Assembly (NCBI GenBank): GCA_020137815.1
Contig: CM035351.1
Location: forward strand, 6,758,001-6,822,000
Length of the DNA: 64,000 nt
Reading direction: 5' to 3'
DNA from: Hormiphora californensis
Lineage: Eukaryota; Animalia; Ctenophora
A program made the translations under genes and the position numbers. The notes under the pieces were generated by a model that searched no databases, was not told the DNA's origin, and saw only the letters and a program-made list of their open reading frames with translations. Shown one piece after another: positions 1 through 11,522 of this stretch. The first letter of the stretch is position 1. The number at the start of each line of letters is the position of its first letter.

Positions 1-2411
1 AGCTGCCTAATAATTTGATGAAGTCGTGTATGGTATTGGGTAGATAGGAGGTTGTCTCACCTGTTTCAGACTGGACACAGCCTCAACACCACCTAGGACA
101 TCATCGGCTATGGCATTGATGGCCTTCTCTACATACCGCTCCTTGTCTTCATGGAACTGGGGAAGAATTAGGAGCTGAGTCAGTTAAAGTCGATTTGTTA
201 GATTTCATCCTCTCTCTGTGGGACACCGAATACTCGTCTTATGTTATACAGACCCCGATCTAATACCACCATGTCCCTCCTCCTACATACCTTGATTTGT
301 CGTTTCAGGTCCTCAGCTGCTTCCTCATCGTTTTCCTTCTCCAGCTTCCTCTTCAGCCAATCCACCATGACATCCTGACTCTGGATACTCTTCATGTTCC
401 TCTCTCCACTCATCTCCATCTTCCACCTCTTCTCCCCGGGCGTGCCCAGGAAGGTTGAAAGTGGCTCGTTGGGGATAGTGGTCAAATCACCGTAGAGCAT
501 AGCATGGGATTCTGTTGTCATCTTTTTGACGATCTGGTACTGTTGCCCAACAGTCTCTTTGTCCCACCCCGGGGCAATAGTTTCAGTGTTGTTCATCCAG
601 TTCAGGGACCAGCAATCACCTGAAATAGGGACCATGTTAGAGGATGGAGAAGGGGGTGAAGAAGGGAATGGAAGTTCAGTGATATTAAATATGGATGAGA
701 GAAGGCCAAAACTCAGCTGAACCGCGTCCTGAGAGACCTACCAAGATAAGTATTTAGGTCCTCGTCCATAACACAAGCATATGAGCTTTCGTCAGCGTTA
801 GCAGCGGTGTGAGCGGTGATTCCCATCTTGTCGGACATTTTGGTGAACATGGAGCCAGAGTAGCATGCCTCAATGTACATCAACATCTGCTTATACCTGC
901 ACAGAGGGGAGGGAATGGGGTAGTACTCTGTACTGCAGCTGCAGTGGAGTGTAGTGGGAAGTGTAGTGGGAAGTGTAGTGGGAAGTGTAGTGGGAAGTGT
1001 AGTGGGAAGTGTAGTGGGAAGTGTAGTGCGACTGGAAAGAACAGTTTGCATCATTGAATTTAAAATGTTAATTGGGTGTTAAATGTTAATTAACTGTGTT
1101 ATACCTGCCTCCCTCAAACATTTGGTTCATGGTAGAATCCAGGTCGACCTTGTTCAGTTCACCAGATGGGAATGCCAGGATACCAGGACCACCATGGTCA
1201 ACAAAGTTAACAAAGATGATGTCATCCTTGGTACTCCTCACTACCTTCCTACTTCCCTGTGTAGTGGTGTGTTTAGCTACAAGGTGCAGTGTATAACAGC
1301 TAGCTAACAGCTCAACTCTCAGGGCTGTCCAGTACCCTATCAGTCGAGTCCTGGTATTTATGAGAACAGAATTGGTGTCCGGACATGTCCTCCGTATCAG
1401 TCTAGTCGAGAGCCAATTTATATATTTTCCCTGTCAAAGGAGTCTGAAGTAGATAAAAACAACTGACCTTATGAACTTCTTTTCCAGCCAGGACGTCCAG
1501 GAACATTTTGGGGTTAACATCATCCCCCATGTAGTCAATCATCACCCCTTCGTAAACATCACCCGCTGTAAAGAAACATTTTTTATCAGGAGAGGTGATA
1601 ATTTTGAGTATGGGGTGCATGTAAGCTTAGGAATTTATAAGACGTTCTAGGATTTACGTACAACACCGATAGCAGCTTGTCTCGTGCAGAAAAATGGATA
1701 ACCACACAACTCCCGTATATTTACCGTGTAGTGCGTTAATGATGGTACCAGGAGTTGGGTTTTCCCGGTTATAGGCAATGTCATTGTACATCATGGTGAC
1801 GATGTTCTCTCGGGGAATGGCATGGTTCCTCACAAGCAGCTGGTAGATGTGACACACATCCGACTGAAAATAGAAGTAGAAGTAGAGTCTAGAGACTTGT
1901 GTAGATCAAACTGCAGGGTTCGGCAGAGCAATTTAAGTAGAGACTATAGAGGGATAATTCTTGTAAAAGGTAGATATCATATCAAGAACAAACAACAGCT
2001 GCACCCGAATCAATTCTTTGATTTCAATAAAATAAATACCATTTAATATACCTGATGCCGGTAGTTATACCAGCCGTTAGATCCAGCCACGAGTACCACC
2101 CAGATCTTACCCGCCGCAGCCTTATCCTCATTCCCCTGCTCTGCTGAGAACTGCGTCAGCCAATCTGACAGAAAATAGATGGGAGTTGAATGGGAAGGTT
2201 TAGGGATTCTCATTTTGAATCGTTTCTAATTCTAAAGCCACCAAGCCAGATAATTGTAGGATCCCTTAGCTAGTAGCATTATATAACAGGTAGGTATCAG
2301 TTACCCCTAACTATAGAAAACTATTCAGTTTTTAAAAGGTTACCCACCATCAATGCGATATGAGTGTCCCAAGGCAACGCCAAGGAGGAGCAAAGAAAGG
2401 AAGCGCAACAT
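1..2411 (-). CDS. LGMN: Legumain / asparaginyl endopeptidase (peptidase C13), multi-exon, 3' end runs off the window
   Basis: Signal peptide [15 protein letters not shown] at 2411. Exon 2164-2052 reads [19 protein letters not shown], then [32 protein letters not shown] (catalytic His, ~1195) and [11 protein letters not shown] (catalytic Cys, ~865). GT-AG introns. Confidence 0.95.
948..1028. repeat. 12-bp tandem repeat (GTGTAGTGGGAA)n in a legumain intron
   Basis: About 6.5 direct copies; produces the spurious TTLP/SGKC ORFs. Confidence 0.9.
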
Positions 2412-3764
2412 GGTGGTATGAAACCTGATCTCACTTCTCCCTGCAACTTAAAGATAGGATAAAGTGGGTGAGAATAGCGAGATAAGGAAGGAGAGACAAA
2501 CTTATCTTATCATGTCACGAGGTTTCCTCAAAATTCGCTTTTTTTTCTTAAAAAGTTGGCCATTTGACGTCACAAAGGCAACTTTGCATAAAGATAAATC
2601 TATAAAAACAAGTCTCGTGGCATGCTATCAGCTTTGTTATAGTTCTGGAGGCACTTCAACAGCTGGAATTAGGGTCATGCAACGGTCCAATAAAATGTTT
2701 GGGCACGTCGCGCCCCCCATGTTCGCGCGCCCGTAGGGCGATCCCCTCACGGGGCTTGCCCGCTTCGCGGGCAAATAAAATGTGCTGGAAACATGATTTA
2801 GGAAGCAGCTGGATCTTATTAAAAACCTAATAAACAACTGAAATCCATTCTATGTGTCGCTATTAGTTGAGAGGTAGGAGACCTAGCAGACCTAGCTATT
2901 AACAAGCCACTGTTCGATAAACTGATTAACAGGTGTGGAATGTCTCAAGTAGACGCTGTTCATGAATTCTTCCAATCCCAGCTGTCGCTGTTTAACAAAA
3001 TCATCCTTTAGCTTTCCTGCAAAGTTGGTAGATTGTTAGGTAACGGTCATGAAGTATACAAGATCAAGTAGCGGTGTCACACACTAACTCACCTATCAAC
3101 TTTTTCTGAGGTAACTCTGGTAGGGCTGCTTGAAAGGAAAATGATTTCTCTAAAGTTTCTCTGAGTGTCACAAAATCAGAGTATCGTTTCTCGTTAGATA
3201 ATACAGTTCCCTGGAAGAATTGAATATTAGCAAGAGGTTTATGGCGTGAGGAGCAAATGAAACAGTCCCACCGCCACTACCCCACTTGAAGTTGGCCACT
3301 TCAGAATGATTCAGAATGATTCGACGGTCGAATAGACATTCGACCTTACCTTTGCTGTATGTAGTGTACAATGATAAAGGGAATAGTGTCCAAAGAATCC
3401 AGACATGTTTCTTGAGTGTGTTACTTGTACAAACTTCTGAAAAAAAAGCAGTGTGATTTAGGTCCAGTAGTCACATGTGACATGACGGTAATATTTGGCA
3501 TATTTTCATATTTTAACAACAAAATCACCGCCTCTTGTGCGCGCTGTGCTGTCAATACCTTGCTTCCCCAAACTTGGAATGTTTGGAAATCGCGCGCGGA
3601 TTAACCATGAGTATGTCTGAGTCATTGTCACACAAATTCTGCCAGCTACAAACTTGTCTCTTGACTCAAACTTCACTTCTTCTCTCTACTCAGTACACAC
3701 AAACAAATACAGTAGGTCAAACACAATAACAAAAGATCCAGTAATTAGTTCTATTGTTCCTTCT

Positions 3765-4110
3765 CAGGCATGTAGAGGAAGTTTTGAAAGTGGTGGGGCC
3801 AAATTTTTTTGGTCACGTGATATGACATACACTGACTTTTCTATTCAAAATTTGAATAGATCGCGATCTATTCAAATTTTGAATAGAAAATTCAGTGTAT
3901 GTCATTGGCCTAAAAACCGAAAATTTTTCTCGGGCTCCGCTGTCGCTTCGCCCGATCGATCGGGCGAAGCGACAGCGGAGCCCGATAAAAATTTTCGGTT
4001 TTTAGGCCAAAAAGTCATAGTTTTTGTCTAATCATGAAAAGTACTGGGGCCATTTTCTGAAAAGTACTGGGGCCATGGCGTACCCTGCCCCCCCTTCCCC
4101 TACATGCGTG
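3765..4110. mobile_element. Non-autonomous hAT-type MITE with two long internal palindromes
   Basis: 8-bp TSD TTCCTTCT at 3757-3764 and 4111-4118. Imperfect TIR CAGGCATGTAGAGGAAG / CACGCATGTAGGGGAAG (reverse complement of right end). Internal palindromes at ~3822-3905 and ~3906-4008. Confidence 0.8.
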
Positions 4111-4183
4111 TTCCTTCTACTCCAGTCTCATCTCCCATACAACAGTGTGAAGGGTGGGATGAGAGGTAAATACACACGCACAA

Positions 4184-5670
4184 CTAAAACATCTCTCTCT
4201 CCATACTAACCCGTTTTCTCTCCTGTACAACAGCTGATATACCGCTCCCTGAACTACGACCACTATCCGGCTCTTCCCCACTGAAAAAGGGGACAGGGAA
4301 ATTATAAGTTAATATGCAGGGTGGAAACGTTTATAGAAGCCGAGTGTAGTTTATGAATCGTCAAACAATCAAAATGATTATGAACCCTTGAAAGCTTAAC
4401 TTACAAGAGAGCACTTCTCAGACTAGAAGGATTCACTGTATTGGGCTGGCACTTTACATCACTGCTGCTATACCGATCCTATAGTTGATAATAAAATCAA
4501 TGTGATTGATAGGGAATTGATCCTCAGGGAGAACTCTACAGAGAAATGGAACTTCTCTGGAGTAGATTACTAATCGAAACAAGAGTGTTTTCAAGGAATA
4601 GTGAATACAGATGTTTCACTAGCGTGAGGAGAATCCCCATTTAACTTACACTAATTTCCGACCAGCACGATACAGAAGCACTATCATCAGCAGTACAGTT
4701 TCCCTCATCTATATCATGTTGCTGTTGATTGTAGTTGTTAAGGGAAGAAAGGACATGGGGCTGGGATGCTAGCCAGTAACTCTCATCACGCACACCTAGA
4801 ACAACATGTAGAGTTTCAAATACAGATTATTGGCACATAGCGCAGTTTGGAAGATGGGAAATCATATTCCCGACGACAACATTCATCGCATTCTGTTCAC
4901 CTCAGTACGCTTATTGGGTGTAATTGATACTGTCACGAATCTACTCACGTGTGAGAAGGTAAGCATTGTATGATGGCTTCACGGACTGTCTTATCTGCTC
5001 CTTCCTCACCTCCTCCTCCAGGAGTCTAACTAGCCGGCTGTTCTCCAGCTTCCTCTCTTCCATCGCCAGTAACCGTTCCTGGATATCCATCAGAGTCGCT
5101 AAACGGTCCTGTAGGCGATGTGATGATAGTAATTCCTATACTTCGTGGAGTAGGTTGTGTGGCTCACACCGTCATTTTATTTCACAAAGCAAGCTCTGTG
5201 AGGGTTCCTTAGATCAAGAAATAGGTTCAGGGTTTTGTGTGAGCAGGCACACAATGAGGCTACACCCATAGTAGTTTGTCTACTGGTGACTCACGAGCAC
5301 AGACAACCCACCCAGCGGTGGCAAATCCTCTACTTGAGGAAGCCCTTTAGTGGCAAAATAGCAGTAATCCCCTTGGGTCTGCTTCATACCAGCTGCTCTT
5401 ACAATAACAACGATGATGGTATTAGAAGGTGAAACACTCCTATCCAGAGATGTCACGTGACCAAACCGACTTATTGAGTACAGTGCACCTCTCTTGCTGA
5501 TCACTGACCAGTACATTCCTGTTCCCATACTACTAAAGATGTGAATTCACACTGTAGTCTTGTCCAGTAACTAATGTGATTGTAATCAAATTGAATACTA
5601 ACATGTTCTCGAGCAGGTTCGTCCCCAGAGCTGCTACAAAGTGGGGTCGTAAATCCACAGAGAGGCATTG
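4184..5670 (-). CDS. Hypothetical multi-exon gene with a coiled-coil exon; boundaries uncertain
   Basis: Exon-like segment ~5137-4949 (ELLSSHRLQDRLATLMDIQERLLAMEERKLENSRLVRLLEEEVRKEQ) bounded by AG and GTGAGT. Other GTAAG-bounded small exons at ~4480-4405 and ~4720-4650. No family recognised. Confidence 0.35.
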
Positions 5671-5689
5671 CTATTCAGGGAAGAGTGAG

Positions 5690-5716
5690 AGTGAGAGTGA
5701 GAGAGAGAGAGAGAGG

Positions 5717-5787
<71 letters not shown>
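5690..5787. repeat. (GA)n microsatellite
   Basis: Direct observation. Confidence 0.95.
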
Positions 5788-5789
<2 letters not shown>

Positions 5790-5926
5790 TGTGTACCTAA
5801 TTTACTATTGGTATTTCTTTAGTAGTGTGGGTTGTTTTTTGGTCACCTGAGAACGTTTATATATGAGACCGTCTTATATGTCTTTTGGGGGAGTACTGGA
5901 GATTTTCATTTTTGGTAGTTGATTGC

Positions 5927-5967
5927 TGTCACTGAAGATCCCTTACGGGTGAAACATTTGTTTGGCA
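5927..5967 (+). ncRNA. Putative minimal type I hammerhead ribozyme motif (Penelope-like element LTR type)
   Basis: UGUCA-CUGAAGA-UCCC(UUAC)GGGU-GAAAC-AUUU-GUU-UGGCA: both core boxes, stem I UGUCA/UGGCA, stem II CCC/GGG, 2-bp stem III, NUH triplet GUU. Confidence 0.45.
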
Positions 5968-6280
5968 AAATTTCTTGTTTCCCTTTGTTTGAACCAGCTC
6001 TCACTCATTGATCGAGCACTATCGGGTTTTGGCGCCCTCTATAGAGTGACTAGACACTAGTGAGATAGAATTCTGAGTATTTGATCGTCGAATTCCAGAA
6101 ATATCTTGAAATAGAAACATCCTGCTTCCTGCATATTCAGGATCATAATCCAAACTGAACTATGTGACTGCCGTTTTCTTTTGTGTCACAGAAAGGAAAC
6201 GAGGATAATAATCAAGGGGTCTATATAATAAACGTTACTACAATAAAATCTCAGATAAAAATAGTGTCCAGATTGATTGT

Positions 6281-7801
6281 CTACTCGGTAGTTTCAGCAC
6301 CGCTGTAGGGTCGTCCGTTGGTAGGTCGGGGCACCTTCCTTCCGTATTCTCCACTCCAGTTTCCACCGGGGGTGTAGTGACAGCACACGTAGACCTTCTT
6401 GTTCCTGTTTAGAGAGGGGTCCGTGGAGGCACACCCCAGTTTCGTGTTTCCAGACCAGATCATCTGGGTAAAATGGCCGGTAGCTCCACTGAATCCGGGG
6501 TTATTGTAATCGTACAGCTCGATCTCATCATACCATCGCTGGACAGCCAGCCCAGGTACTGTCTTCTGGTCGCGACCTCTGCTGTAGAACAGGTTCTCTC
6601 CTTGACTGAAAAATACATCATGTGGTTGAAAGATTATGATTTAGGGAGAATGAGAGAAAGAAAGAGAAAATCTCAATTTCCTTCTTCTGCTGCTTTTTTC
6701 TTTTTCACTTACATTTTAGCGTATTTTCCATGTGCAAAGGTATCAGTTCGAGCAAGGGTATCGCAGTAGTCCTTAGCAGTAGCAACAAGGTCGGTATCCC
6801 AGATATAGTCAGGTAGACCATGGTGGCGGCGTCTCACATTGTGACCCCTAAACATTATCTCCTCATCCCACTCTGAGGATGGAGAAAACATTAGACCCCT
6901 TCACACCGCATTTTACGTTTCTTACGAACACATCATATGATATACTGATTTGCAACACCTACTTTTATCACTGGAGCTGTTGTCTGGCTCAACTTCATTT
7001 GAGTTTGAGGCACAGGTACAGGGGCACTGGGCTGCTATCATCTGGTGAACGCATCTTCCGTATTTCAAGTGGAACTGACACATCTTGCCCTCATTGCACC
7101 CTGAGTGGAAGAGGGTTATAGGGAGAGAAGTAAGGGGAGCTGAGTGGAAGAGGGTTATAGGGAGAGGAAGATTAGGGGAGCTGAGTTGAGGAGGGCTATA
7201 GGGAGAGAAGTAAGGGGAGCTGAGTTGAGGAGGGTTATAGGGAGAGAAGTAAGGGGAGCTGAGTTGAGGAGGGTTATAGGGAGAGGAAGATTAGGGGAGC
7301 TGAGTTGAGGAGGGTTATAGGGAGAGAAGTAAGGGGAGCTGAGTTGAGGAGGGTTATAGGGAGAGAAGTAAGGGGAGCTGAGTTGAGGAGGGTTATAGGG
7401 AGAGGAAGATTAGGGGAGCTGAGTGGAGGAGGGTTATAGGGAGAGAAGTAAGGGGAGCTGAGTTGAGGAGGGTTATAGGGAGAGAAGTAAGGGGAGCTGA
7501 GTTGAGGAGGGTTATAGGGAGAGAAGTAAGGGGAGCTGAGTTGAGGAGGGTTATAGGGAGAGAAGTAAGGGGAGCTGAGTAGAGGAGGGTTATAGGGAGA
7601 GAAGTAAGGGGAGCTGAGTTGAGGGAGGATTCGAGAAGATTGATTAGATTTATTTGATTTAATATTATGAAGTAATTGGCTAATCTAAACAAGTTTTCAG
7701 AGAATACTAGGGGGTTTGCTCTAAATTTGTTCTATGGTTCTAAAGTTAGAATTTTGTTTTCTCGGAAGTTGGCTGCAGATCAGATTTATTGCGTATGTGA
7801 T

Positions 7802-7883
<82 letters not shown>

Positions 7884-7911
7884 ATAGAGAGAGAGAGATA
7901 GATAGAGCAAC

Positions 7912-7998
<87 letters not shown>

Positions 7999-8005
7999 GA
8001 GAGAT

Positions 8006-8065
<60 letters not shown>

Positions 8066-8596
8066 TTCGTATTTACTACTAACGCTAGACAAACATAATA
8101 CGCTAGACAAACATAATACAATATAATGCCGTACCTGGCTGTTTACTCAGCGTCACATAGTTCTTGGAAGTGCCCCCCAGTATTTCTAGAAATCAAAAGA
8201 TGAGAATCAGAAGGGAAGGGATGAGGTGGTAGCTAGAAAGGTTGAAAAGCACGTACGTTTCTTGAGGAAGGGAGTCACCCCACTGTTTTCCTCTTCTTCG
8301 GTACTGCTGCATACCGCCGCGAATACCGCGAATAAACTGCGGAAAGAGGTATTATTAGCTATAACTGGAAAAATGGGCTAGTTCCACGCCGGGCTAATCC
8401 AGGTGGAGCGACGCACGTGAAATAATTATAAAACGGAGAAGTTTTTTTGGAAGCCATCAAAACTAAATCTGAGATCTGATCTAGGATGAATATTTAAAGA
8501 GTGTACTTCTTTTATGAAACAAGTTCAGAGACCGAGGCAATTAGGGGTGACGCCATTCTGTACTCACCATATTACAAGAGCTGACAACTTCGACAT
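6281..8596 (-). CDS. Secreted CAP/SCP-domain (GAPR-1/PR-1-like) protein with N-terminal ShK-like Cys module, copy A
   Basis: Signal peptide MSKLSALVICLFAVFAAVCS. Exon ~7100-6965 CNEGKMCQFHLKYGRCVHQMIAAQCPCTC. CAP motifs GHNVRRRHHG, GENL, WYDE, GHFTQMIW, CHYTPGGN. Confidence 0.85.
7101..7625. repeat. ~39-bp minisatellite in an intron of CAP copy A
   Basis: About 13 units of GAGTTGAGGAGGGTTATAGGGAGAGAAGTAAGGGGAGCT with variants. Confidence 0.92.
7807..8061. repeat. (GA)n microsatellite, intronic
   Basis: Direct observation. Confidence 0.95.
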
Positions 8597-9102
8597 TTTG
8601 GTGATATTATTGTAATGAAACAACTCAACAAGCTGCGAGATGGACCCTCTTTTGAACCCTCAAATCACGTGATATGCTCCCCTTTATTAAGACTTGCATC
8701 CCGGAACTTTGATCCTTTCTTCTCCCCCAAAACAATTGCACAAGCCACCCCTCCCCTTGTGAGTAAGGGGTCAGAGACGGAAACATAACATCCTATCCAG
8801 CAAGAATCTTTCTTTCAACTCTCTTTTATCACCATTTCTTGCCCCCCAGGCACCCTTTATGACCCGGGGGCCCTACCCGGCTCCCCCTTTTCTTTCAATT
8901 GTTCGAAAACAAGGTGCAAGGATGACAAAGGAGTGCTAACTTCCGTAGTTCATTATGTCCCATGGATTTAGCACAGAGAGTGTTGCAGAAAACAATTATT
9001 TTGTAGAAATTAAAATGTGGTAATAAAATGTGGTAATAAAATGTGGTAATAAAAATGATCTGTCTCCTCTCCTCTTCTCTTCTCTTCCTCTTCTTGTCAT
9101 CA

Positions 9103-10374
9103 TCACTCTTCATAGTGGTTATCAGTGTAAGGTCGTCCGTTGGTAGGTCGGGGCACCTTCTTCTCATATTGTCTCCTGATATTTCCACCGGGGGTGTAGT
9201 GACAGCACACGTAGACCTTCTTGTTCCTGTTTAGAGAGGGGTCCGTGGAGGCACACCCCAGTTTCGTGTTTCCAGACCAGATCATCTGGGTAAAATGGCC
9301 GGTAGCTCCACTGAATCCGGGGTTATTGTAATCGTATAGCTCGATCTCATCATACCATCGCTGGACAGCCAGCCCAGGCACTGTCTTCTGGTCGCGACCT
9401 CTGCTGTAGAACAGGTTCTCTCCTTGACTGAGGGGGAAGAAAGCGTTAGCAGTTAGCTTCATTTATAACCAGATTCGTGTCAAAAACGTTTAGAACTTCA
9501 CTTGATACACTAAATAAACTCCCTAACTTACATTTTGGCGTATTTTCCATGTGCAAAGGTATCAGTTCGAGCAAGGGTATCGCAGTAGTCCTTAGCAGTA
9601 GCAACAAGGTCGGTATCCCAGATATAGTCAGGTAGACCATGGTGGCGGCGTCTCACATTGTGACCCCTAAACATTATCTCCTCATCCCACTCTGAGAATA
9701 GAATACCAGATTGAATGAAATGAATGTTCATCAAGTTAGAAATCTTCGCACTGAACTCTTGAATTTGAAACTAATTAATTTCAGTTTAACTTACTGAGGT
9801 TCAGGTCATCATCAGGTTGCTCCACATCATTGCTTCCACAGGAACAAGGGCACAACTCCTGGATGAGATCCCACTGGCAGCCGTCGTTGTTTTTGTGGAA
9901 CTTACAGTGTTCTCCCTCTGAACATGCCAGAACAGATCCGGCCACCAAACTGAGCCGGGGGGGGGGGATAATAAGGGATATTATCGTCAGGCACTGGTAT
10001 CAGGTCATTGTTTTGTTCAAACCCGCGGGGCGAGTGGGTAGAACAATGAAAGTCACGCACGCTGTCAGGCACTGATCACGCACTGCTTGATCAACAATCA
10101 TATGGGATAAATCACGGGATGGGAAACAACAATTACTGCTCTTAGAGGCTACTGCCCTATGTTCTGTTTGCCTTTGTTGATCATGTCATACTTGGAGCCG
10201 GCCACTCGAATGATTGAGGAGACCGTACCAAGTAAGTAAGTAAGATCCTGTCTCACCGCGCCTCGCACGAAAAATTTAAAGGAGGGTTAGAACACAGCAA
10301 TATGTTTTGTGAAACAAGTAACCACATGTTGATGAGCGTATAACGAACCTGATTGCAAGGTAAAGTACGATCAT
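9103..10374 (-). CDS. Secreted CAP/SCP-domain protein with N-terminal ShK-like module, copy B
   Basis: Exon 10374-10349 spliced to exon ~9949-9795 gives MIVLYLAISLVAGSVLA-CSEGEHCKFHKNNDGCQWDLIQELCPCSC. CAP exons nearly identical to copy A. Confidence 0.85.
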
Positions 10375-11522
10375 GACAACGAACTACTATTCCAGTAGGC
10401 AGAAGCTAAGTCTGTGAGAGAGCTACTAGATTTGATGCAGACTAGGCCGTAAAGGGTGGTTTTATATGTGGATAGCGGGGAAACGGGGTATCCTAGTTGG
10501 ACAATAGGGGCAGATGGAAGTATGGTTCATGGGCAGGAGACGTAGAGAGAAAGGGGAGAGAGGGAGACAGAGAGGGAGACAGAGAGACAGAGAGGGGGAG
10601 AGAGAGAGACAGAGAGACAGAGAGAAAGGAACATTTTAAAGAGAAGTTAGAAAAAACATCAGGATGGATACCTCTTTTAGCATTGTCTGGGTGTGTCTAG
10701 AAGAGACAATGTCCTTTTCTTCTTTTTTTCTCAGGCTTCCGTTGCTCATTCTCTAGAATCTCTCTATATGTGAGGGAGAAGGAGTTTAGTGCAGTGGTTA
10801 GGTAGACAATCACGTGACCTGATCCGAGTTGTTCCTACGATATTTTTGTTTTTCAAAATTTAAGCGCTGTTCAAAGATGTTATACGCCTAAAATACAGCC
10901 ATTTTAACTCGCGATGGAAAGACTCGGACTATAAATATGCACTAACTATGGTAACGAAAGTACCCCTCGCTACCTGAGGCTACCTGAAAGGGTAATTTCG
11001 TTTCCAAGTACTAACTATGGTTTCAAGGAACCTCTCATTCTAGAATGCACTATATTCTAGATGAAATATATAACCATCCTTCAGGGCAGCTGGAGCATTA
11101 TGCGAATGGGTTTTAGGATGGTTTATACTTTGTTTCTCATGTTTAACAAAAGCATATCACGTGCTCACCTACTTCTGGTTGCTTGTACAAACAAATATGG
11201 AAAGGATATATGAGCATGGCCCCTTTGATGGGACACACGATGCTATTATTCTGTAACGGCGGGAGGGTACTCAGGATTCTAAGAAAACAAGAGAGAGACG
11301 TGCTAGCTCTGGAAACTACCATCTTCTGAGAAAGTGCTGATTGTCGTTACTATAAAAACACGACGCGGTGAGCAGTGATTGTTTGTTCAAGCAACCAGTT
11401 CAGTGATATTTAGCGACATGCAGTCTTGTTTGGTATACAGCCCTTAATTAAACATGTTTATCCCTGTTACGGTATGGCAGCATGATACATGTTCTAAAAA
11501 TATTTTACAGTTACTTAGCAAG

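Noticed and set aside
7101-7625. Regular ~39-bp repeats as a CRISPR array
   Set aside because: No unique spacers; intronic eukaryotic minisatellite. The same applies to 30960-31550.
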